A program made the translations under genes and the position numbers. A stretch of DNA of 64,000 nucleotides, taken from positions 2,666,001 through 2,730,000 of the forward strand of contig JBHGNT010000022.1 of the NCBI GenBank assembly GCA_043228905.1, in the 5' to 3' direction. This DNA is from Azolla caroliniana. Taxonomy: Eukaryota; Plantae; Polypodiophyta. Positions 11,791 through 22,342 of the stretch are shown one piece after another; the stretch's first letter is position 1, and each line of letters begins with the position of its first letter. The notes below the pieces were generated by a model, which saw nothing but the letters and a program-made list of their open reading frames with translations, was not told the origin of the DNA and did no database searches.

Positions 11791-14340
11791 CTAATAATTT
11801 TCTTTAATTCTTCTTTCCTTCTTCTTCCATGATTGCAACACAGAGTCAGAGAATTTGACTGGCAATGCATATGATCTTCCTCGTTTCATCGAGTTGGAAA
11901 CCGGGGAAATCTCTCCATCTCTACCTTTACCTTCACTTTTCATATCCATAATGTTCTCCATCTCTGCCACATTGTTATACAATATGGCTGATGCTTTCTG
12001 ATAATCTATTCCATATAATTGTCTCAATCCATGTAATGAATACTTATCCATGCATCCAGCTCCCTTTAATTCCATCTTATAATCATAACCACCTTGTTGC
12101 AACTTAGATATGCTCTTTTTTTTCTTTAAATTCTTTTTCTGCTTCTTCCTGTGATCTGAAGTACCTCTTTCTCTGGCATACATTTGCTCTTCTTTGTCAG
12201 TTTTTTTGCCAATCTTCCATGTCAGATCCAAACCCTGCTTATTGCTTCTTTGCAGAGTTATTTCTTCTTCTTCATCAAAACCATCCTTATGGCTTCTTTC
12301 CATATTCAATTCGTCTTCATCGACACCATGCTTTCTGCTTCTTTGCATAAGAACCAAGTCTTCTTCATCTGTGCTTCTCTCCGAGACCAAGGATCCTTTC
12401 TTCCAAGGAAATTCTGCATCAGACACATCCTGAAGAAATTTAAACCTCACTGCTGTATGTGGCTCTTTAGTAAGACCTGTATTCGGAAATCTAAGGCTTC
12501 TCTTTCTCACAACAGGGAATCTAGCCATAGATATTCTGTTGGAGCTTCCATTGTTATTACAACATAATTGATCCATCTTCCTTTCTCTGAGGCATTCATC
12601 TTCATCATCATCATCATCTCTGATGCTTGGGTCTCTTATACATTCTTCAGGCACATCAATAACTGGTGGTGAAGAAGGTCTAACTGATAAATTTCGTTCA
12701 TGAATCCGATCTGAAAGATCGTTCCAAACATACTTTATACATGTTTTTCTCCGCTTTGGATCTAGGTTTTCTGGACTAGATAAAACAGGTTCCATGGATG
12801 TCCACAGTTTCTTCTTCTTCTTCTTCTTCTCTAATCTTGTGGGGCAATCTTTCTGATCAGAGATCATTTCCACAGCATGAAGCAACAAATCCAAGCCATC
12901 CATCCTTTCACTACTAAACCCTAAACCTGTACCATCAGTATTGTTATTGATCCCTTCACAATCTGCAACAACTTCCTGATATGCCTTCTTGCATACATCC
13001 ATAATATCAGTAGTTGTGTTCTGACCATCCATGGCTTTTCCAGAAGCTTTGAAGTTTGAGTTTTCGGCTATGGCTATGCCATACTTCTCAAATTGGGTGC
13101 CAAGGTTTAAATGCATATTATCACATTCAGAGCTATCCACAGAAGATACTGAAACTCGCAAGTACCCATGGCAGTTGTTCTCTGGGGATGGATTAAGAAC
13201 AGAGTGATTCTGTTTCTTTCCATTACCTCTGTGTGTGAAGACAGAATCCTGATGCACAGTACTGTTAGAGCTGCTACTTAGATTAAGACAAGGAATGGAT
13301 ACCTGTGCAGGTTGTGCTAGTTGCTTCATTTGTGTTCTGAGAGGATCCCTTTGCTCAGAGAGAAGATCATGATGAGAAGTATCTGATTCAGATGTACAAA
13401 TATGATCTTTCAGAGAAGGCAGTCTTAACTTTATAATTTCTGTAGGGTGGAAGAGATTACGATCATCCTGTGCAGTTATAATAAAAGCTTTCTTCGTCTC
13501 CTCTAGCTCCGAGAGCTTGCTGGATATGGCAGAACGAACAGCACTGTTCGTAAACATTATATCTTCATCCGGTCGATCTGTTTGAAGTTGTAAATCATGT
13601 GAATCCATCATGAGCTTTCGTACAGCACTCGGAGAAACCCTAGCTGCAGAGCCTTCCACTAGAGAAGAAGGAGAATTCTCCATTAATTCTCTGTGTGACA
13701 ATAATTTCTGTACATGGGGTGGAAACTTAATCACCTGTGTACTACTATTTTGCCCTAATTTATTAGAAACAAGAGATAAGCTCTGTGTTTGTTTGAGATC
13801 ATGACATTCTGTATATCTCAATTCACACATATTCTTCTCCTCCTTGCAATCGCCATTAGGTCTGGAGGATAAAGAAGAAGAAGAATTTGTATTAACCATA
13901 GCAGAATTATCTTCTGCAACTCTCGGATCGATCTTCATTGCTGATCCTTCCATCATCGTCTTCCATGGATTTTGAACCAACATATAATTTTCAAGGTCTA
14001 ATTCTGTCAAGGTATTATGATTATCATTGACTCGAATCGTATTATGAGAATCTTCAGCTGTGGTGTCCTTTGCACCAATCAAGGCAATGTTTCCTGAAGC
14101 AGAAGACATATCGCATTCATTAAGAAACCGTAATTTAGCAGGGTCAGTTTCCAGCTCTGTTTTTCTGTTCATACTTGTGATATTCCAGGAGCAATGGCGA
14201 TTGCAGAATCTCTTACTGATTTCTTGAACACGGTCATGGAGATAGCTTGAAAGATCCCTTGTATCACTCATGATGAAAGGGACAGAATTTACCTCGACAG
14301 AAGCAGAAAGATGGGAAGTTGAAGTAGGCAAGGGCGCCAT
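11791..14340 (-). CDS. Uncharacterised ~849-aa plant protein, mostly low complexity, poly-K NLS-like tracts, C-terminal KRGRSYALPVKFSDSVLQSWKK motif
   Basis: Uninterrupted 2.55-kb ORF with first ATG (MAPLPTS) at 14340 and no TE domains. Carries GLDLLLHAVEMI and the C-terminal motif. Confidence 0.75.
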   Translation of the reverse strand: MAPLPTSTSHLSASVEVNSVPFIMSDTRDLSSYLHDRVQEISKRFCNRHCSWNITSMNRKTELETDPAKLRFLNECDMSSASGNIALIGAKDTTAEDSHNTIRVNDNHNTLTELDLENYMLVQNPWKTMMEGSAMKIDPRVAEDNSAMVNTNSSSSLSSRPNGDCKEEKNMCELRYTECHDLKQTQSLSLVSNKLGQNSSTQVIKFPPHVQKLLSHRELMENSPSSLVEGSAARVSPSAVRKLMMDSHDLQLQTDRPDEDIMFTNSAVRSAISSKLSELEETKKAFIITAQDDRNLFHPTEIIKLRLPSLKDHICTSESDTSHHDLLSEQRDPLRTQMKQLAQPAQVSIPCLNLSSSSNSTVHQDSVFTHRGNGKKQNHSVLNPSPENNCHGYLRVSVSSVDSSECDNMHLNLGTQFEKYGIAIAENSNFKASGKAMDGQNTTTDIMDVCKKAYQEVVADCEGINNNTDGTGLGFSSERMDGLDLLLHAVEMISDQKDCPTRLEKKKKKKKLWTSMEPVLSSPENLDPKRRKTCIKYVWNDLSDRIHERNLSVRPSSPPVIDVPEECIRDPSIRDDDDDEDECLRERKMDQLCCNNNGSSNRISMARFPVVRKRSLRFPNTGLTKEPHTAVRFKFLQDVSDAEFPWKKGSLVSERSTDEEDLVLMQRSRKHGVDEDELNMERSHKDGFDEEEEITLQRSNKQGLDLTWKIGKKTDKEEQMYARERGTSDHRKKQKKNLKKKKSISKLQQGGYDYKMELKGAGCMDKYSLHGLRQLYGIDYQKASAILYNNVAEMENIMDMKSEGKGRDGEISPVSNSMKRGRSYALPVKFSDSVLQSWKKKERRIKENY

Positions 14341-15248
14341 AGCCAAAAAGCTTGATCTGTGCCTGCTAAGTTTCTTCTTCTTCTTCTTCAAGCTCCGTCT
14401 TCAGGTTCTTCTTCTGCTTCGTCTTTCAAATTTTGTTGTGAAGACGAGCTAGATTCTTCTAATTCAGGATCAGAAGAGAAAATTCTCTGCTGATTTTGAA
14501 ACAAAACAAAAATCTCTTCTCCTTCTTGTAGCAGAGAATTCACTGCGGATTTGGAAGTAAACGGATTCTGTCTTCTTCTTCGTATTTCTTCTTTCTTCTT
14601 TCTACTTTCTGCAGCAGAGGGGTTCTCTGCGGATATTGAAAACCCTAGAAACTTGAATCTGTGTGTTCTTCTACTGTTGCTTCGACGTTTCGAAAACCTA
14701 ATTTCGTTGGGAAGAATAGAAGAACAAATGAATCTAAAACTTACAGAAATCAACCTTCTGCTTCCCTGTTATATCAAATATATCTTCTGCTAATTCAGGA
14801 GAAGACTTCATTTCTCTGAGTAAAAGCAAATCCAACACCATCCATTGGCCCCTTTCCCCTTCCAGAATTTCTTTGATGAAGAAGAAAAAACCTAATCAAT
14901 TCTTCTTCTTCTTCTTCTTCTTCCTAGATTAGATTCTTCTGTTTCAGGGGGGAAGAGAGTGGTCTATGATTCTATCTTCAGAGGATTTGATTTGAATCCA
15001 TCATGGACAAATTCAAGGGATGCTCCTTCTCAATTCGTGGAGCAAGAATTCCGTATCGCAGGAATGCTGCAGGGGGAGGAGGAGGAGAGGGACAGAGTCT
15101 GTGAGGAATCGCCATAGCCATTGAATCTTAAGGTGGTGGTGGTGGTGGTGGCATCAAAGAGAAACGCAGAGAGAGAGAGAGAATTTTTGTGGGCATTTTC
15201 TGTAGTTTGTTTTGTTGTTTTTTGGGGGCAGGAGAGAGAGAAAGAAAC

Positions 15249-15875
15249 CATGGACATGGGACATGGACATTCGGATGGACATGGGACATGGACATGCGGA
15301 TGGACATGGGACATGGACATGCAGATGGACATGGGACATGAACACATGGTCCATGGATGTGAACATGCAGAGATAGAGATGGACATGGACATGAACATAC
15401 ACAGATGGACATGGACATGGGAACTTGGACCTGGACATACACAGATGGACATGGACATGGGAACCTGGACATGGACATGGACATGAACATGCAGAGATGG
15501 ACATGGACATGAACATACACTGATGGACATGGACATGGACATGAACATGCAAAGATGGACATGGACATGAACATACACTGATGGACATGGACATGGACAT
15601 GAACATGGACATGAACATGCAGAGATAGAGATGGACATGGACATGAACATACACTGATGGACATGGACATGGACATGAACATGCAGAGATGGACATGGAC
15701 ATGAACATACACAGATGGACATGGACATGGACATGGGAACCTGGACATGGACATGAACATGCATAGATGGACATGGACATGAACATACACAGATGGACAT
15801 GGACATGGGAACTTGGACATGGACATGGACATGGACATGGACATGAACATACATAGATGGACATGGACATGGGAA
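15249..15875. repeat. (ATGGAC)n hexamer-based minisatellite with higher-order variants
   Basis: Directly visible. Generates the MDMD/HVHV/CPCP ORFs. Confidence 0.95.
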
Positions 15876-15947
15876 CCCACACACACACTCTTCCACTCCC
15901 CGTCCTCACTTCGCATTGGGATTTCGATGCCACTAGCATATAATAGC

Positions 15948-15995
<48 letters not shown>

Positions 15996-15998
<3 letters not shown>

Positions 15999-16330
15999 GG
16001 ATGGATGTAGCTCCGTTGGTAAGGTTGCCCAATGGAGACCAGGTGGTCATGGGTTCAACCCCTACATTCCACAGTGGCATCTAGTAAATTAAGAGTATAT
16101 TCAATGAAGTATATAATAGAGAGGTGAGGAGATTGGGTTTGCCACTAGTGAATTAAGAGTATATTCAATGAAGTATATAATAGAGAGGTGAGGAGATTGA
16201 GTTTGCCACTAGTGAATCAAGAGTATATTCAATGAAGTATATAATAGAGAGGTGAGGAGATTGGGTTTCGAACCCACGACATAGTGCTTGTAATGTTAAC
16301 AACTTACCATTAGGGTAAGGTACTTATAAG
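15996..16330. mobile_element. Small element with two convergent tRNA-like halves (SINE-like or LTR-derived), copy 1, with an internal 60-bp triplication
   Basis: Plus strand: A box TAGCTCCGTTGG (16008-16019) and B box GGTTCAACCCC (16052-16062). Minus strand: …taatggtaag…ggttcgaaaccc (16263-16319). Flanked by GA tracts. Confidence 0.6.
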
Positions 16331-16474
16331 AAAAGAGGGAGAGAAAGATTTTGCACCTTTGTGTACTTAATGTAGCTTTGCCCATATACAACAGTGAACT
16401 TATTGGTTTGTGGTATGAATGTTATACCTTTGTAAGCGAGTTATTACTTTTAAATGTTCCGAGAGAGAGAAAGA

Positions 16475-16690
16475 GCCCAGATGGATGTAACTCAGTTGGT
16501 AAGGTTGCCCAATGGAGACCAGGTGGTCATGGGTTCAGCCCCTTACATTCCATAGTGGCATCTAGTGAATTAAGAGATATATATGAAGTATATAATAGAG
16601 TGGTGAGAAAAATTAGGTTTCGAACCCAAACCAAGACATAGTGCTTCTAGTGTTAACAACTTACCATTACGGTAAGCTAATTACGATAAG
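16475..16690. mobile_element. Convergent tRNA-like element, copy 2
   Basis: Clear homologue of 15996-16330 without the triplication. Also GA-flanked. Confidence 0.6.
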
Positions 16691-17057
16691 AGAGAGAGAG
16701 AGAGAAAGATATATTAACGTGTTCTAAGGCCAAAATTGGCCCATTAGACAATTGGTTTATGACAAAATAAAATTGCGATGAATGTAAAAATAAAATAAAA
16801 TAAAATAATAATAGAGCTTAAGCATATTTCAAGAGAGACTGAGACTGAGAAGCGATGACGTGCCAAGAATAGTGTTGAAACATATTTATGATGTAACTTT
16901 GTACTCGGAACGCCGTTTTTTATGATTTTTGGCTTGTTGCGAAGCTAGTTCAAAGAGATTTCCAAGGATTATTTGGACGTTACGTTACATTATCATTACA
17001 AGAAGCTACAAGAAAAATTGTTGTCGTCTCAGGTTAGCTCTCTCAATCTCTATTAGG

Positions 17058-18257
17058 ATGGCTGACACAACAATAGGAAGTGAGTTGATGATTGTTGATG
17101 GATGTGGTAGTAATGATGGTTGTGAATATTACAAGAGGCAAAAGTGTATCGATTCTACAGAACATGAGAAAACATCATATGCTGCTATTCTTGGTGGGAA
17201 AGATGTTATTGGATATAATTATAATATTGACAGTCGTCATGATTTTGTTAAGGCTTTGCTTTCCGATTTTATGGAAAAAAATGAGAAAGATGCTAAAGAT
17301 TGTGTGGAGGAGGATGTTGTCAAGGTGGTGATGGTGACCAAGTCTATGTTAGCAACTTTTGATAGGTTCTATGATCGTGGTGTTATTTTGTATTTCACTA
17401 GCAAAATTCCTTTAGTATCATGGATTAAGTAGTGGTTGAATTCATTCATAATGCCTAATTGTGTTGAGGATGTCTATGTGGGTCCAAGAGGTTTCTATGA
17501 TGTGGTTTTTCAATCGTCAGAACACCGTACGACTTTGATGGCAAAGGTACCAATATTTGTTGATAGAAGATTAATGCATGTGATGGAATGGGTTCCGGTG
17601 GTGGATTATAAAGATTTATTGAAACAACAATGTCCAATTTGGGTGACCGTTGATTGCAGTAACTCATTTTGGGGATTTACTACTAGGATTGATGTCTCAA
17701 ATTGGTAAAGTTTTGGTTGCTCCTCATGTTAATTTGTTGAACAAATGTAGATTCAACATGTTATGGGATAGATATAAGTTGTAAACTTCTAGGATGGTTG
17801 AGTATAGATAGATCTCGATTTGGTCAATTTCGTTTTAAGCTTCAATGGGAGATTTTTGCAGGGCATTGTTTTAAATGTGGTAAATTGGGGCATTTTATAG
17901 CTGAATGCCAATATCATGGTGAACTATCCCCATAAAATAATGTCAGAAGGAAAAATAAGGAAGATGTTGAGAAGGATATTGTCTCAATGGTTGATATGGT
18001 CATGGATGAGGGAACATCTTATAGGTTAGAGCGAGATCCCAAAGTTCATGGTCATGTTAGAGGTGTTGGGGAGGAGAATGGAGCATGCAGTAATGATGAC
18101 CTAGATGTTGAAGATAGAGAGTGGCATCAAGTGAAGCATAAGATAAAAGGGAAGGGTGTTCCCATACAAAGGGACACAAAAAATACTAACGGTAAGGAAT
18201 TACCAAAAGATAATTTGAGATAGAATGAGGGGTTTAAGAAAAATCCTTGGCAGAAAC
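17058..18257 (+). pseudogene. L1 LINE ORF1 remnant (DUF4283-like region plus CCHC knuckle)
   Basis: GPRGFYDVVF…CPIWV motif and CFKCGKLGHFIAEC knuckle at ~17865-17910. Contains stops and frameshifts. Confidence 0.7.
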
Positions 18258-19165
18258 TGTTAGGAATATGTCCCTCCTATGGAAGCAACCGACTGGTCGG
18301 GCCAGGTACCGACAGTCGAAGACATGAGGAGCCGACAGTAGGAGAGTCCAAGTCGAAGACACGACCAACTAGTCGGGCCGACTCGACAGTCGACGCTAAA
18401 GTCGACTAGTCGACTTGTCGGCCGAATATCTATCACTGCTGTAATAGTAATGATAGTAGTAGTGGCGACATTGGTAAATAAGCCCATACAGTGTATAAGT
18501 ATAAATACACTTAGGGCAAACATATTGTGTGTGTAGAATAGAATAGTCGTGAGCCTCTGTTGTAGAGATTGATAGAGACGCGAGAATGTGTGAGGGGGAA
18601 GATGAGAGCGGCTTCATAGCCTAGTGAGGTATGACGCCAAGAGCCATGTGTGGTTGATACACTCCATGTGGAGAGTGTTGAATTCTGATCTCATCTTGTA
18701 TTCTCTTGTGTATAGTGGAATCTTTGTTCTCCCGTGGTTTTCCCCATTTAGGGTTTCCACGTAAAACTTTGTATTCTGTGTATCTCTTGTGATTCTGTCT
18801 TTCCGCGATATTGTCAATCACACAGTCGGCCCTTCTCACTAATAGAAGGGAACAAATCCCTACAAACTAGTATCAAAGCACAAAGTTGAAGATGGAAGGA
18901 GGTGTGAGTGGCTTCCAAGGTATGATATTTATAAACTCTCAGAAATATGCAGACTGGAAGATAAAGATGGAAGACCTTCTCATAGTCAAAGACTTGTACG
19001 AGCCAATCGACAGAGCAGAAATACACACAGGGGTATTAGAGTTGGAATGGAAACATCTCAACAGAAAAGTAGTGCCCACCATTCAACAATGCGTTGATGT
19101 AAGTGTCCTTCAACATGTGCCAAACGACTCAAATGCCTACGAGATGTGGCAGAAGTTGTCAGCCT
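18258..19165 (+). mobile_element. Truncated Ty1/copia: 5' LTR 18258-18864, decayed tRNA-iMet PBS, gag N-terminus
   Basis: TGTTAG…CCTACA ends; tagtatcaaagc resembles TGGTATCAGAGC; gag KYADWKIKMEDLLIVKDLYEPI. Confidence 0.75.
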
Positions 19166-19254
19166 TGTGAAAAGAACAAAGTGCGGAAGCAACAGAAAGC
19201 AAAACGTAGGAAAACACAGGTTTAATGGAGAGCTTGGACACACACAGTACGCGG

Positions 19255-19302
<48 letters not shown>

Positions 19303-19880
19303 CAATACACACAACTCTATTAAAAAATAATACTTAGTTTGTACATAGAATGTGCTTAGTGAGCACTTTTATACAAGTCCATATGGACTGATAGAAGTAC
19401 TGACACCTACTTCAATGCTCATAACTGAGCTCTACACTAACTCCTAAAATATATTCCTATGCGGAATATCTTTCCAACGGCCTTGCGGTTTACGCACCGT
19501 TATGGCTTCTCATTGCGCACCGGTTTACGCACCGGTCCGGCCTAACCGATCGGTCCCAACCGATCCGGTTCTCCGCTTGCACAACCGATCTGGCCTATGT
19601 TGAGCTTGTATCTTAACACTCCCCCTCAAGCTCAACTTGAGGCTCTTCTAGTTCTTTCGGATCACCGCTTCGGTCTCTTCTGGCTTCACGGCTTGCTCGT
19701 GCTCCTCGACCTATTTGATTCCGCGCACCTCGACCCTTCCGGCCGACTTGTGTGCTCGTGCGGCCCTTCTCAGCTCCCTTGCTGTCGCGGTGTTGGCGCC
19801 TCTTCGACTGCCATTTCTTACTATAACCTTCTCATAAATTCGGGAAATTGCAAGCATATATTCACTTGGCACCTCAAGTT
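19166..19880 (-). mobile_element. Copia 3' LTR (19166-19618) with PPT and 3' internal remnant
   Basis: Minus-strand PPT gcttgagggggag directly before TGTTAAGA. Same architecture as the LTR at 41595-42059. Confidence 0.65.
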
Positions 19881-20612
19881 CTTCCATTCACCTCCAAAGA
19901 TGATCACGAGGCACCATATCAAAATCTTTCTTGACGTCTAAAAAGCAACAATATAAACCTTTACCTTTATTAAAGGTGACTTTCCTCCATTAATACTTGA
20001 AGGGTGACAAGGTGATCAACGGTGCTATGGTGTTTTCGAAAGCCAACTTGTCCATAAGCTCCCTTACCATTTTTTATAGCCCATACACTTATCTTTGATT
20101 CCATTATACATCCAAATAGTTTAGCCATTAATGAGCCAACCATGATGGTTCGATAGTTGTTTACATTATTTACATATCCACCTTTATGTAAAGGTTTGAT
20201 CCAATTTGTAGTCCAATCGTACGACATACGATGTTGTAATGCATCATTAAACATATTGCTTCAAATTTGTAGTCCATCCTTGAGATATGTGGCATCAAAA
20301 ATTCTTGTGAATCAAGTTGGAAACTTCTTGTACGAGCACTCATCCATGTCACCAAAGACAATAACTTCCCCTTTGGATTTGAAAAAAGCAATATCATCTT
20401 CTACATTGGCAAAAGGTTGATCTTTATCTGGAAACAAGCATAAAAGTTAGAATCTTGATGAGGAATGAAACATCCAACTACAAAAGTGGGCAAATCATTA
20501 GGTATTTCAATTTTGAGCCATATGTAGCATTTATGTTCATCATTTTTTATGATTGACACATATTTCTCTATTTCTTTCTTAGTCAAACATGCCACCCCTC
20601 CTTGTGTTGTCC
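19880..20612 (-). pseudogene. LINE ORF2 fragment (APE endonuclease and RT N-terminus), RTEX/L2-like
   Basis: GGVACL…YIWLKIE (EN) and WIKPLHKGG…NYRTIMV…QVGFRKHHSTVDH (RT). Internally deleted. Confidence 0.75.
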
Positions 20613-21255
20613 GTGGGTCAGATTCGTAATTTGGGTATGAAATGAATATGGATGTAGGTGAAGTAGGTAAAGGCAACCGTAACAGGGAAGTAGCAAACAA
20701 AGTGCAGCCGTGAAACGTGGAGCCGAAAACGAGTAAAGACTGAAGCACACCAAGCGGGAAAGAAAACTATAAAACGTGAAGCAGAAACGAAATAGAGGGG
20801 GAGGAAAAGAAGAGGGAAGAGAAGCCACCTATTTAGAATAGGAATACAAAGACGTAGAATATCTGATTGTGATTTCTGTTTGTAACTCCAGCCGTGCACT
20901 GTGTATTACTGTTCTGGATTACATAATATATGGGTCGAAGCATGCTACGGTGTACCAACTTTTGGCCAAAAATTTAGTACTAAATCGAAGAAGAAAATAA
21001 ACATTAAAAATTGTAAATAAATTTCAAAAAACAAAAAACAAATTCATTACGTCACACTCGAATGCACAAAGATATTATACGTCACACTCGAAATGTCCCT
21101 AGGCCATATTTAATACATTAATTGTTGCCCCAGTCTCCTAGGTAGAGTTGTACGAAAGCACACCTGGAGAAGGTATCCATTGTGACAGTTGGTCAGTCTC
21201 AGTATCTCTCTCTCTCTCTCTCTCTCTGGTATGGGTAGTCGAACGTGTCAGTTGG

Positions 21256-21286
<31 letters not shown>

Positions 21287-22342
21287 TCTGTCTCGAAGTT
21301 GTCAGACAGACAGTGGCAGAAAGTTAAAGAAAGACAACATATCTATTACAGGTCTATCTCTCTCTTTCTCTCTCTCACTCCACCTTCGAAGCTCTGTTTC
21401 TTTCTTTCTTTCTGTTTCTCTCTCTCACTCCACCTTCGATTCTCTGTTTCCCCGCGTAGCTGTTATTGTGTTCCCCTCTGTGCCAGGTTCGATCTCTGAA
21501 CTCTGTATACGCAGAGATTTTTGTTTCCCCTGCTTGGTTGTATGTGTTGTTGCTTTTCCTTCCTTGTGTATGCTCGTTTGTCTCCTCTATGTATGCTCGT
21601 TTGTCTCCTCTGCAACAGTCTCGTCAACAACCTCTTGCATATAGGTGATTTTGAAGGCTTGGTGTGCTCCCAAGGTGTCGAAATCAACACGGTGTGGTAC
21701 CTCTGCAAGTTGTACGACCTCTAGGTATTCTCTGTGTTGCATGCCCAACTGGTATGTTTTCTTTTTCTGAATGTTTCCTGTCTGTCTGTTTTTTATTTGC
21801 ATGTGTATGGCCATTTTTAGGTTTTGATTATTCATTGTCTATGTGTTGCATGCCCAACTGGTATGTTTTTGTTTTCTCTGTGTTTCTTTTAAAAATGTAT
21901 GACAATATTTTGATCGAGGTGGTTGTGTGTTAGACATGTTTGTACATGCAACGTAAATGGAGTTGGCTATGATGAGTTGCTATGTTTTCGTTTTGTTCTT
22001 GTTTCTTGTCCATCTGTTTTATTTTGTGTGAGTTTGACATGGATGAGTTTTTTTCTGACTATTTTGGGTTTTTGTGTGTTTGACATGGCTTGTACATGCG
22101 ATGTGATGGAGTTGGCTATGATGATTTACAATGTTTTCGTTTTCTTTGACTTTCCTATCCATCTGTTTTTATTGTTTGTGTGTTTGACATGGATGAGTTT
22201 TTTTCCGACTATTTAGGGTTATTGTGTGTTTGACATGGTTTGTACATGCAATGTGATGATTTGCTATGTGTTGATGGTAATTGCTTGAGTTTTCTTCTAG
22301 TACATGCATATTCATTCCCTGAGAATTGTGTTGACTAGGACA

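Noticed and set aside
14388-14753. 121-aa ORF upstream of the 849-aa gene
   Set aside because: It has a non-ATG start and GA-rich leader-like composition. More likely 5' UTR, although an upstream exon cannot be excluded.
15030-16080. Cys/His-rich 260-308 aa ORFs resembling metallothioneins
   Set aside because: They are produced by the stop-poor ATGGAC array, with no independent coding evidence.
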